64,000 bases of DNA, taken from assembly GCA_965207065.1 (NCBI GenBank), contig OZ242260.1:832001-896000 (forward strand), written 5' to 3'. The stretch's first letter is position 1. Each line of letters opens with the position of its first letter. Origin of the DNA: a bacterium. GTDB lineage: Bacteria; UBA8248. The notes beneath the pieces are model-generated. The model did not search any database. It worked only from the letters and a program-made list of their open reading frames with translations, and was not told the origin of the DNA. This document shows, in pieces, positions 55,889 through 64,000 of this stretch. The position numbers and the translations under genes are program-made.

Positions 55889-57943
55889 ATGTATCGGTTG
55901 TTTACGTTAGGCGTCGACATCGGTGGAACGTTCACCGACCTCGTAGCGGTTGATCCCGAACGCGGCGAGGTGCGGACGGGGAAGATCCCATCGGTTTCGG
56001 ATGAACCCGCAGGAGCCATCCTGGCATGCCTCCGGGACCTCGGGCTCGAAGGCGAGGAACTGGAGCGGATGATCCATGGAACCACCGTCGCCACCAATGC
56101 GCTCCTGGAGCGGCGCGGCGCCGTGACGGCGCTGGTGACCACGCGCGGGTTCCGGGACGTGGTCGAAATCGGCAGGTGCCGGCGGCTGGTCGAGGGCGGC
56201 ATGTTCAACATCGGGTTCCGCCGTCCGCCCCCTCTGGTTCCCCGAAACCTTCGCGAGGAGGTGGACGAGCGCGTCCGGGCGAACGGCAGCGTCGAAGCCC
56301 CGCCCCGGCCGGAAGAGTTCCAAAGCGTAGCGGAAAACCTGAGACGGGAGGGGGTCGAGGCGGTGGCGGTATGCCTCCTGCATTCCTACGAGAATCCGGA
56401 ACACGAGGAAGCCCTCGGGCGGTGGTTGCGGGACCAGTTGGGGCCTGAGGTCTACATCTCGCTCTCAAGCTCCGTGAACCCCCAGTACCGCGAGTTCGAG
56501 CGCTTCTCCACGACCGTGGTGAACGCCTATGTCGGTCCGGCGGTGGGGCGGTATCTCTCGAAACTCAGAGACGGCGATATCGGGAAGCTGGAGGACCGCA
56601 GCATTTACATCATGGGCTCGGCCGGCGGTGTGATGGATATCGACACGGCGGAGGACTTTCCGGTGCGGACCATCTTTTCGGGGCCTGCCGGCGGGGTCAC
56701 CGCGGGGCGATATATCTCCGGGGAACTCGGGATTTCGAATCTCATCACCTGCGACATGGGCGGGACGAGCGCGGACGTCGCCCTCCTCCTCCGGGACCGG
56801 ATTCTCTACGCCGGAGATACCGTCATCTCGGGGGTACCCGTCCGCGCCGCCCAGCTCGAGATGAAAACCGTCGGCGCGGGAGCCGGAAGCATCGTGTGGG
56901 TCGACGTCGACGGGGCGCTTTGCGTGGGACCCAGGAGCGCGGGCTCCTCGCCGGGTCCCGCCTGTTACGGGTTCGGGGGAGAGGAGCCCACCGTCACCGA
57001 CGCGAACGTCGTCTTGAACCGGATCGGAGACGGCGCCCTTCTCGGCGGGAAAATACGGGTGGACGCCTCGCCGGCGCGAGAGGCGATGGCCCCGGTGCGG
57101 GACAGGCTCGCATTCCGCTCGTCCGAGGAGCTGGCCGAAGGGGCGCTTAAAATTCTCGTGGCCCGGACGGTCCGGCTTATCCGCGAGATCTCGCTCGAAC
57201 GGGGGTTCGACCCGCGCGAATTCGCCTTCGTGGCCTTCGGCGGAGCAGGCCCCATGCACGCCGCGGCCATCGCGGATGAACTCGATATCGAAACGGTCGT
57301 GGTTCCGTCTCACCCGGGGAATTTTTCCGCCATGGGGCTCGTGATGGCGAAGATGCGCCGGGATGCGACCGCCACCTATCTCGAACGCTCCTCCACCATC
57401 GATTCGGCGGACCTGCGCGGGCGGCTCGGAGAGATGGCGGAGGGGGTGGTGGACCGCCTCCTTGGCGACGGCGTACGGAAGGAAAGCATCTCCTTGTCGT
57501 GCTTTCTGGAGATGCGCTGTCTCGGGCAGGCGCACGAGATTCCCGTTCCCCTGGGATCGTCTCCAAGCCAAGTGGATCTGCCGGCCATCGAGGACGCCTT
57601 CCGAAAGATCTATGCCGAACGCTACGGCCGCAACCCGGACCCCGCGACCGAATGGGAGGTGATTTCGATCCGGATTATCGGCGAGGGAGAAGTCCAGGCG
57701 TATCCACCGGAAACCTGGCGGGCAAAGCGCGGGGGCGGCGAGGGTCCCAGGGAGGTGCGGAAAGTCTGGTTCGATGGGGAGTGGCGCGAAACTTGCGTAT
57801 ATGAGCGAAACGGGGTCGGGCCCGGGGCGGTCGTGGAAGGTCCCGCCATTATGGAAGAGAGCGGAGCCACGACGGTGGTTCCGCCGGGGTGGCGCGCCAC
57901 GGTCCACGCGAGCGGGCACCTGCTGCTGCGAAGGCGGCGATAA
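55889..57943 (+). CDS. Hydantoinase/oxoprolinase subunit A
   Basis: DIGGTFTD, HGTTVATNA, SGPAGG, DMGGTS and FGGAGPMH motifs. Confidence 0.93.
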   Translation: MYRLFTLGVDIGGTFTDLVAVDPERGEVRTGKIPSVSDEPAGAILACLRDLGLEGEELERMIHGTTVATNALLERRGAVTALVTTRGFRDVVEIGRCRRLVEGGMFNIGFRRPPPLVPRNLREEVDERVRANGSVEAPPRPEEFQSVAENLRREGVEAVAVCLLHSYENPEHEEALGRWLRDQLGPEVYISLSSSVNPQYREFERFSTTVVNAYVGPAVGRYLSKLRDGDIGKLEDRSIYIMGSAGGVMDIDTAEDFPVRTIFSGPAGGVTAGRYISGELGISNLITCDMGGTSADVALLLRDRILYAGDTVISGVPVRAAQLEMKTVGAGAGSIVWVDVDGALCVGPRSAGSSPGPACYGFGGEEPTVTDANVVLNRIGDGALLGGKIRVDASPAREAMAPVRDRLAFRSSEELAEGALKILVARTVRLIREISLERGFDPREFAFVAFGGAGPMHAAAIADELDIETVVVPSHPGNFSAMGLVMAKMRRDATATYLERSSTIDSADLRGRLGEMAEGVVDRLLGDGVRKESISLSCFLEMRCLGQAHEIPVPLGSSPSQVDLPAIEDAFRKIYAERYGRNPDPATEWEVISIRIIGEGEVQAYPPETWRAKRGGGEGPREVRKVWFDGEWRETCVYERNGVGPGAVVEGPAIMEESGATTVVPPGWRATVHASGHLLLRRRR

Positions 57944-58122
57944 GGGGTTGTTGAAAAAGCCCCGCAATGCCGATATGACGGCGACGGGATACCGCCTTGC
58001 CGGAGGGAATGTAGGGGTCGCATAAATGCGACCCGCATGCCACGAACGGGGAGGGCCGCATATATGCGGCCCCTACGGGTAAATCTTGGTTGATGCGAGA
58101 AGGAAGGGTTTTTCAATAACCC
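57944..58122. repeat. MITE-like element with a GTAG REP doublet (58011-58034 / 58053-58076), directly after the TAA
   Basis: ggggttgttgaaaaagccc ... gggtttttcaataaccc; gtaggggtcgcataaatgcgaccc ... gggccgcatatatgcggcccctac. Confidence 0.85.
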
Positions 58123-58185
58123 TTTGCAGGGCAGCCGGGAACTTATCCTGGAATTGCGGCCTGTGATGAATGAAGAGGTGAAGAG

Positions 58186-59475
58186 ATGACTTCAAACAAG
58201 GGGACGGACTTTCTCGAAAGGGCCCGTTCTTCCCTCCCGGGCGGCTGGCTCGGGGACCTGACGCTTCCCGACGAGATGATGCTGATCGCTTCCCGCGGAG
58301 AGGGGAGCCGCCTTTATGACGTGGACGGGCGTGGTTACCTCGATTTCACGATGGGCGGGGGATCCCTGATCCTGGGCCACGCGCATCCGGCCATCCTCGA
58401 GGCGGTTCAAAAGCAGATGGAACTCGGTTCGACTTACTATACGCTGAGCGACCGTTCCATCGAGTTGGCCGAGGAACTGGTGAAGGCGATTCCCTGCGCG
58501 GAACTGGTGCGTTTCGCCTCGACGGGCGGGGAGGCCACGTTCTATGCGCTGCGGCTGGCGCGCGCCTTCACCGGCAAGGAGAAAATCCTGAAATTTGAAG
58601 GGAGCTACATCGGCCACAGCGACTACGGAATGATGAGCGTCTCCCCGCCGCGCCCGAACATGTATCCGTCCCACCACCCGGATTCGGCCGGGATTCCCGC
58701 TGCGGTCCAGGAACTGGTGATCACGGCTCCCTTCAACAATGCCGATATCGCCTGCGGGCTGGTGGAAGAGCACGCCGGGGAGCTTGCCGCCGTCATCGTC
58801 GAGCCCGTTCAGCGGTCGATTCCCCCGGCCCCGGGTTTTCTCGAGCAACTCCGCCAGGTGACGACCGAGCGCGGGGTGCTGCTCGTTTATGACGAGGTGG
58901 TGACGGGATTCCGGCTGGCCTACGGAGGGGCGCAGGAGTATTTCGGCGTCGTTCCCGACCTGGCGGCTTACGGCAAGGCCGTCGCCTGCGGGTTTCCCCT
59001 GTCGGCGGTGGCGGGGCGGGCGGATGTAATGGAACTGGCGGACCCCGCCCGCAAGGGAGAGCCGGAGTACGTCTACGTCAGCGGCACGCTCTCGGGAAAT
59101 CCGGTGTGCGCCGCCGCGTCGCTCGCCACCTTGCAGGAATTGTCCCGGCCCGGCGTCTACGACGGCTTACGCGACATGGGGGAGCGATACCGGGGGGAAC
59201 TGGCGGCCTTGTTCGACGAACACGGGGTTCCGGCCCAAGTGCAGGGAATCGGGCCCTTCTTCCAGGTGTTTTTCACCCAGAATCCGGTCACGGACTACCG
59301 GGCGCAGACGCAAGCCGACCGGAAGCGGTTCGAATCGTTCGTCCGAAAAATGTTCGCGCAAGGTATTTTCATGAGCCGCAGGGCGAAGAACTATCTCTCC
59401 ACGGCCCACGGCGAACCGGACCTGGGCGAGTTCCTGGAAGCGGCGCGCGCCGTATGCGCCGGAGGCATCGACTGA
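58186..59475 (+). CDS. Class III aminotransferase (glutamate-1-semialdehyde aminomutase-like)
   Basis: ILGHAHP, DEVVTGFR, YGKA and GTLSGNP motifs. Confidence 0.9.
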   Translation: MTSNKGTDFLERARSSLPGGWLGDLTLPDEMMLIASRGEGSRLYDVDGRGYLDFTMGGGSLILGHAHPAILEAVQKQMELGSTYYTLSDRSIELAEELVKAIPCAELVRFASTGGEATFYALRLARAFTGKEKILKFEGSYIGHSDYGMMSVSPPRPNMYPSHHPDSAGIPAAVQELVITAPFNNADIACGLVEEHAGELAAVIVEPVQRSIPPAPGFLEQLRQVTTERGVLLVYDEVVTGFRLAYGGAQEYFGVVPDLAAYGKAVACGFPLSAVAGRADVMELADPARKGEPEYVYVSGTLSGNPVCAAASLATLQELSRPGVYDGLRDMGERYRGELAALFDEHGVPAQVQGIGPFFQVFFTQNPVTDYRAQTQADRKRFESFVRKMFAQGIFMSRRAKNYLSTAHGEPDLGEFLEAARAVCAGGID

Positions 59476-59477
59476 CA

Positions 59478-61538
59478 ATGAACGATAACCCTACGACTCA
59501 GGAGAGCGCCTCGGCCGACGCCGTCACGATCTCGGTCATCCAGGAACTCTTGATCTCCGTGGTCCGCGAGATGCGGGTTACTTTTTCGCGAAGCGCATTC
59601 TCGTCGATCATCAACGAAGGACACGATTTTTCCTGCGCTCTCCTTTCGCCGGAGGGAGACCTGGTGGCCCAGTCGGAAGATCATCCCGGGCACATCTTTC
59701 CGATCTCCTACGCCGCCAAGGCGGTTTTCGAGCGCTACGCCGGCGATATTCATCCGGGCGACGTTTTCCTCCTGAACGACCCCTATATCTGCGGAACCCA
59801 CATGAACGACATGGCGATGTTCTGCCCCCGGTTTTTCGAGGGGCGCGCGCTCGCCTTCCCGGCGCTCCGCGCGCATTGGGGGGACGTCGGCGGCTCGGTG
59901 GCCGGCAGTCTTTCGGGTGACGCCTCCCACATCTTCATGGAGGGAATGATCGTCCCGCCCATCCGGCTCTATTCCCGGGGCGAGCTGAACCGCGAATGCC
60001 TGGAGGTCATTCTCAAGAACATGCGGGGCCGCGAAGACAGGCATGGCGACCTGATGGCCATGCTCGGCACCTGCCAGCTTGCGCAGCGGCGCCTGGACGA
60101 GATCGAGGAGCGATACGGACGCGAATCCCTCCAGGCGGTGAACGACAGCCTCCTCGCCCGGGCGGAGAAACGGATGCGGGCGGCCATCAGCGCGCTTCCG
60201 TGCGGAACGTTCCACTACGAGAACTACATCGACAACAGCGGCACGGGCGCCGAGCCGCTCCGGATATCGCTCCGCCTCCAGATCAAGGAAGATCAAATCC
60301 ACTGTGATTTCAGCGGGACTTCCGGGCAGGTGAAAGGGCCTACGAACGCCGGGCCGGCCACGGTGGCAACCTCGTGCTTCATGGTGCTGAAATCGCTTCT
60401 GGATCCCGCGCTGAGCGTGAACGCGGGCTGTTTCCGCCCCCTCACGATGGAAGCGCCTGAAGGGTCCATTCTCAATGCCGGGTTTCCCGCTCCGTTCGGC
60501 GGCGCTTCCGACGTGCGGCGCACGATAGAATCGTGCGTTCTGGGCGCGGCGGTCCAGGCGATGCCCGACCTCGCGGCGGGCGACACCAAGGGGGCGGCCA
60601 ACCATTGCTACATCGCGGGCAGCCGGCCGGACTCGGGCGAGGCCTTCCTCTACTATGAATATCCGGCGGGGGGCACGGGCGCGCTTGCGGGAAGCGACGG
60701 AGACCACGCCATCAGGACCTACACAGAAGGGGATTTCAACGCCGTCCAGCCGGTGGAGAGCCTCGAAGCCACGCTTCCGCTCCTCGTCGAGGAGAGCGGC
60801 CTCAGGGCCGGCTCCTGCGGGCACGGGGAGTGGCGCGGCGGTCTGGGCATGGAGCGGAGGGTCCGCCTGGAGGCCGGCGGCGCGGGCCTCACCGTTCTGA
60901 CGGACCGCGTGATCATCCCTCCCTACGGGGTGGACGGCGGGACATCGGGCGGAGGAAACCGGTTCACGGTTCTCCGGGAAGGATCGGAGGTGGAGCCTTC
61001 CGACGTGCCGGGCAAGGCCACGGCCTTTCCGCTCACTGAAGGCGACGCCGTCGTACTGCGCTCCGCGGGCGGCGGCGGCTGGGGGGACCCGCTCGCCCGC
61101 GCGCCCGAGGCGGTGCTGGCCGACGTCCGGCTGGGATACATCAGCCTGGAGGATGCGCGGGAAGTCTATGGCGTGGTCGTAAATGGCGGGGCAATCGATG
61201 CGGCTGCGACCTCCTCCGCGCGGGAGCGGCTCAGAAAATCCAGGGTGTATCTCACCGTCCGCCTGGGCAGGGAGGACGCCTACGGCGGCAGCCGGCGGCT
61301 TTGCCCGATGTCTCTTGGGACGGCGAAAGAAGGCGGATTTTCCGAAGGGATGCTCGTCGAGTACGTTCCGGCGCGGGGCGCGCCGCTCAGGGCCTGGGTG
61401 AAAATCACGCCGGGGCCGGCCACCGGGGAAACTCCCCTCGGACCCGTCGCGGCGAGCATTCTGAAGCTACGGGAGGAGGAGCGAATATGGCTCCGGCCGA
61501 TCACGACGCCCTACTCGCACCCCCCGCTGGCCTCGTGA
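59478..61538 (+). CDS. Hydantoinase B/oxoprolinase with C-terminal extension
   Basis: DFSCAL, NDPYICGTHMND, HWGDVGG and GGGGWGDP motifs. Confidence 0.92.
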   Translation: MNDNPTTQESASADAVTISVIQELLISVVREMRVTFSRSAFSSIINEGHDFSCALLSPEGDLVAQSEDHPGHIFPISYAAKAVFERYAGDIHPGDVFLLNDPYICGTHMNDMAMFCPRFFEGRALAFPALRAHWGDVGGSVAGSLSGDASHIFMEGMIVPPIRLYSRGELNRECLEVILKNMRGREDRHGDLMAMLGTCQLAQRRLDEIEERYGRESLQAVNDSLLARAEKRMRAAISALPCGTFHYENYIDNSGTGAEPLRISLRLQIKEDQIHCDFSGTSGQVKGPTNAGPATVATSCFMVLKSLLDPALSVNAGCFRPLTMEAPEGSILNAGFPAPFGGASDVRRTIESCVLGAAVQAMPDLAAGDTKGAANHCYIAGSRPDSGEAFLYYEYPAGGTGALAGSDGDHAIRTYTEGDFNAVQPVESLEATLPLLVEESGLRAGSCGHGEWRGGLGMERRVRLEAGGAGLTVLTDRVIIPPYGVDGGTSGGGNRFTVLREGSEVEPSDVPGKATAFPLTEGDAVVLRSAGGGGWGDPLARAPEAVLADVRLGYISLEDAREVYGVVVNGGAIDAAATSSARERLRKSRVYLTVRLGREDAYGGSRRLCPMSLGTAKEGGFSEGMLVEYVPARGAPLRAWVKITPGPATGETPLGPVAASILKLREEERIWLRPITTPYSHPPLAS

Positions 61539-61593
61539 ACGGGCCGACGCCCTTACCCCATCGTCGGGCATCCCGATCATCGAATTGTTCACC

Positions 61594-62210
61594 GTAGCGG
61601 ACAGCCCCGAGGAAGGGCTGTCCCTACAAAACCAACCCCCCCTACCCCCCCTTGTCAGGGGTCAAACGCGAGTGAGGAACGAGCGTTTGCAGAAGCCATA
61701 GACGAGAAACGCATCGGCTCGCAAAACCTCCCTCTTCGGTCGGTTTTGACCCTGACAAAGGGGGGTAGGGGGGGTTGGTTTTCCGGGGGTTCCCTCTCAA
61801 GGGGCTGTTGAAAAAGTCCTCCAAGGGGAAATGATGCCCCAAAGAGTGCCGCCCAATGCGGGAGGGTGGTTTTGCAGTTCGCTTTTGATCGTCATTCCGG
61901 TGTCGGAACCGACCGAGGAGAGAGGGTTCGACGGAATCCAGGGACTTTGCTTTTTTTATTTCTTATGCACTCCCGCCAATGAATGGGGATGAAAAATCGG
62001 AACCTCGCCATTCTCCTCGGCTCTGGATTCCGGCATTCGCCGGAATGACGGCGCTGGTCAATTGCGAGAGAGGAGGGGTTTTTTAACAGACCCCTCAAGG
62101 GGGGAGTGAACTTCAAAGGCGTTCGCGCAACCCAAATCCGCTTGCCGGGACTTTTTCAACAGGCCCTCCTCGGTCGCGTTCGATCCCCTGCCCCCCCTTG
62201 ACAGGGGGGG
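61594..62210. repeat. Dense cluster of nested palindromic repeats and MITE-like ends
   Basis: GTAG palindrome 61594-61627; long inverted repeat 61628-61665 / 61744-61782; ends at 61801, 62094 and 62167; gtcattccgg...ccggaatgac doublet 61891-62049. Confidence 0.8.
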
Positions 62211-62480
62211 TAAAGGCGCCGCCGCCCGGCGGGGTGTAAACAAGCCCCGATCATCCATTCACCGCGCGATTCCCTCGCGGCTCCGCTGCGATGTTCCTCC
62301 AAAATACCGCTTCGGAATATTGATCCCGTATGTCGCTCATATTGTGATAATATTGGTACAATCGTTCCAATATTTAACATTTACAGGTGTTTGACGATTG
62401 AAACGGGATACAGAACCGAAGGGTGCGCTCCGCTCGGGGGGCATCGCCGCCGGGGTTTCGCAGGTGACAGGAGATTGCAC

Positions 62481-63617
62481 ATGAACGGCTACAGGAAACG
62501 TACGGACTCGATGAAAGCGCTCTGGCTGCTCGTCGCCGCTGCGCTCGCGCTGGCAGTGACCGGTTGCGGGGGCGGCGGCGCCCGGCCCGCCGCGTCCATC
62601 ACGCCGGCCGTTGCGCCGCCGCCAGCCGTTGTCCCACCGCCAGAGGAGACGCCGACGGTCGTTGCGCCACCACCAGAGGAGACGCCGAGGAGGGTTGCTA
62701 CACCACCGAGGGTTGTTCCGCCGCCGACCTTCTCATCCGTGAAGCCGCCGGCCTTCACGCCGAAGGCGGTCGACCCGGTGAAGGCCGCCATGGAGGCGGC
62801 CGCAATGAGCGTGGAGACTTCGTCCCCGGACAATCTTCCCTCCTCCGAGGGAAGCACGAGCAACATGAACACCTGGGGTTCTCCTGGCAGCCCGGACGTG
62901 GAGGTCAGGACGAGAAGGGGGCCGAGCAGATGGAAGTGGTACGGATGGAATTGCTGGGGGTGGTCGCCCGACGGACCGGTGTGGGGCCCTTGCGGCTTTG
63001 GAGTCACCATCCTCGACAAGTGGACGAGCTATCCGGCCGACGCCGGTGATGACGAAATGAAGGTCCACGTCCGGGCCAAAGAGACCCCGGATAAAGATAA
63101 ATCGTTATTGGTTCAATTGGATCGTAGTTGGGGCTTCGCAGCCGGCGGCGAGAACGATTTCTTCGCGACCGAGGCCCACCTCGAGGCGCCCGGGACCCCG
63201 GTGCAGCCGGCGGCCCAGGGGACGGAGACGAGCGCGACGTGGACGGGCAGGGTCATCGCCGTAGACTCCGCACCGCGAAAAATCCTCATCCGGGGGTTTG
63301 AGATCGGCGGCAAGGCCGAGCTTACCTTCAACTTCGCCGGCAGCACGCTGGACGTGAATCTTACGGAGCTCAGGACCCCCCGGGCAGTAGATATTAATAC
63401 GGGGCAGGCCGGCCCCTACCCCTCCCAGAGATGGAATGGCCTGGGCGTCAGCAACGGGAGTTTCTCGGATTCAAAGGGCAACCGCACGATATCGGGCACC
63501 TTCCGCCATCAGGACGCGTCGAACACGAGCACGAACGCGGATACGGTCGGCGGTGTGTTCAACGTGCAGGGAACGATGAAGGGCGGCTTCGTCGCCACTT
63601 TTTCCGGGACCGACTGA
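62481..63617 (+). CDS. Surface lipoprotein with Pro-rich linker and C-terminal TbpB-like beta-barrel
   Basis: VTGC-GGGG lipobox; PPPEETP repeats; ATWTG...AELTFNF...ISGTF...TVGGVF...GGFVA; alternative start at 62511. Confidence 0.65.
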   Translation: MNGYRKRTDSMKALWLLVAAALALAVTGCGGGGARPAASITPAVAPPPAVVPPPEETPTVVAPPPEETPRRVATPPRVVPPPTFSSVKPPAFTPKAVDPVKAAMEAAAMSVETSSPDNLPSSEGSTSNMNTWGSPGSPDVEVRTRRGPSRWKWYGWNCWGWSPDGPVWGPCGFGVTILDKWTSYPADAGDDEMKVHVRAKETPDKDKSLLVQLDRSWGFAAGGENDFFATEAHLEAPGTPVQPAAQGTETSATWTGRVIAVDSAPRKILIRGFEIGGKAELTFNFAGSTLDVNLTELRTPRAVDINTGQAGPYPSQRWNGLGVSNGSFSDSKGNRTISGTFRHQDASNTSTNADTVGGVFNVQGTMKGGFVATFSGTD

Positions 63618-63761
63618 CCCCTCGACGCGATCGAGGCGAGGTCGGGACGGCGGTTGTCCGGGGCGCGGGAAAACAGCCCCCTGCGCCCCTTGAGGGGAAT
63701 ATACGATGAAAAAGTCCTCATACCGTGATTTCGCGAATGGAGTCGAAATCGAAAGAGGTCT

Positions 63762-63992
63762 GTAGGGACAACCCCCTGTGGTTGTCCCTTGCAGAACAGG
63801 ACATCGGACAGGCACGGAGGCCGGACAACCCGAGGAGGGTCATCCGGCTAAGGCCCCCGAACCCTCATCCCGAACAGGCGGCGCAGGTCAAACGCGACTG
63901 GGGAAGGAGCGTTTATATCGAGAGCCCGCCCTGAGCCTGTCGGAGGGGACGCCGTAAAACCAACCCCCCCTACCCCCCCTTGTCAGGGGGGT
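63762..63992. repeat. GTAG REP (63762-63789) and a second copy of the aaaaccaacccccc...cttgtcagggg repeat (63956-63992)
   Basis: gtagggacaaccccctgtggttgtccct; near-identity with 61628-61660. Confidence 0.75.
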
Positions 63993-64000
63993 ATAAAAAG

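Noticed and set aside
58186-59475. Calling the aminotransferase hemL
   Set aside because: The family motifs fit, but its position inside a catabolic operon suggests a paralog with another substrate.
35211-63992. Palindromic repeat clusters as CRISPR arrays or integron attC sites
   Set aside because: There are no regularly spaced direct repeats with unique spacers, no cas or intI gene, and the repeats are inverted doublets between core genes.
1-64000. Genome-wide TGA reassignment (code 4 or 25) as the explanation for the in-frame TGAs
   Set aside because: TGA ends many ordinary genes at their expected C-termini (scpB, pduO, mqnE), and the three read-through cases all sit at redox Cys positions.

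Overview
GC-rich bacterial chromosomal window with about 50 CDS. I saw no rRNA, tRNA, CRISPR array, integrase or transposase. Core genes include scpA/scpB, rluB, panE, bioF, crcB, a PduO-type adenosyltransferase and futalosine-pathway genes (mqnE, mqnA, mqnC). Catabolic genes include amidohydrolases, two CoA-transferase-fold pairs, a nitrile/thiocyanate hydratase-type pair and a TAXI-TRAP/hydantoinase cluster. A CP-ATP-grasp/alpha-E/transglutaminase trio is also present. Main observations: (1) three probable selenoprotein genes that the ORF track splits, truncates or misses (PrdB/GrdB-like UxxC, AhpD/CMD-like CxxU, DsrE-like UxxC), each with a GG-loop hairpin 14-18 nt after the in-frame TGA; (2) a two-gene cassette (GIY-YIG-like nuclease plus DUF6884/YaaA-like protein) bracketed by a 153-bp duplication of the pduO 3' end, a candidate defence system; (3) a Panacea (DUF4065) toxin-antitoxin pair; (4) an in-frame MqnA-amidase fusion; (5) an AibA/AibB-like CoA-transferase pair lacking the catalytic Glu; (6) intergenic MITE-like wrappers (GGGTTGTTGAAAAA...TTTTTCAACAACCC) that enclose several different REP-like palindrome doublets. 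All family calls come from motif recognition by eye; no searches were run.
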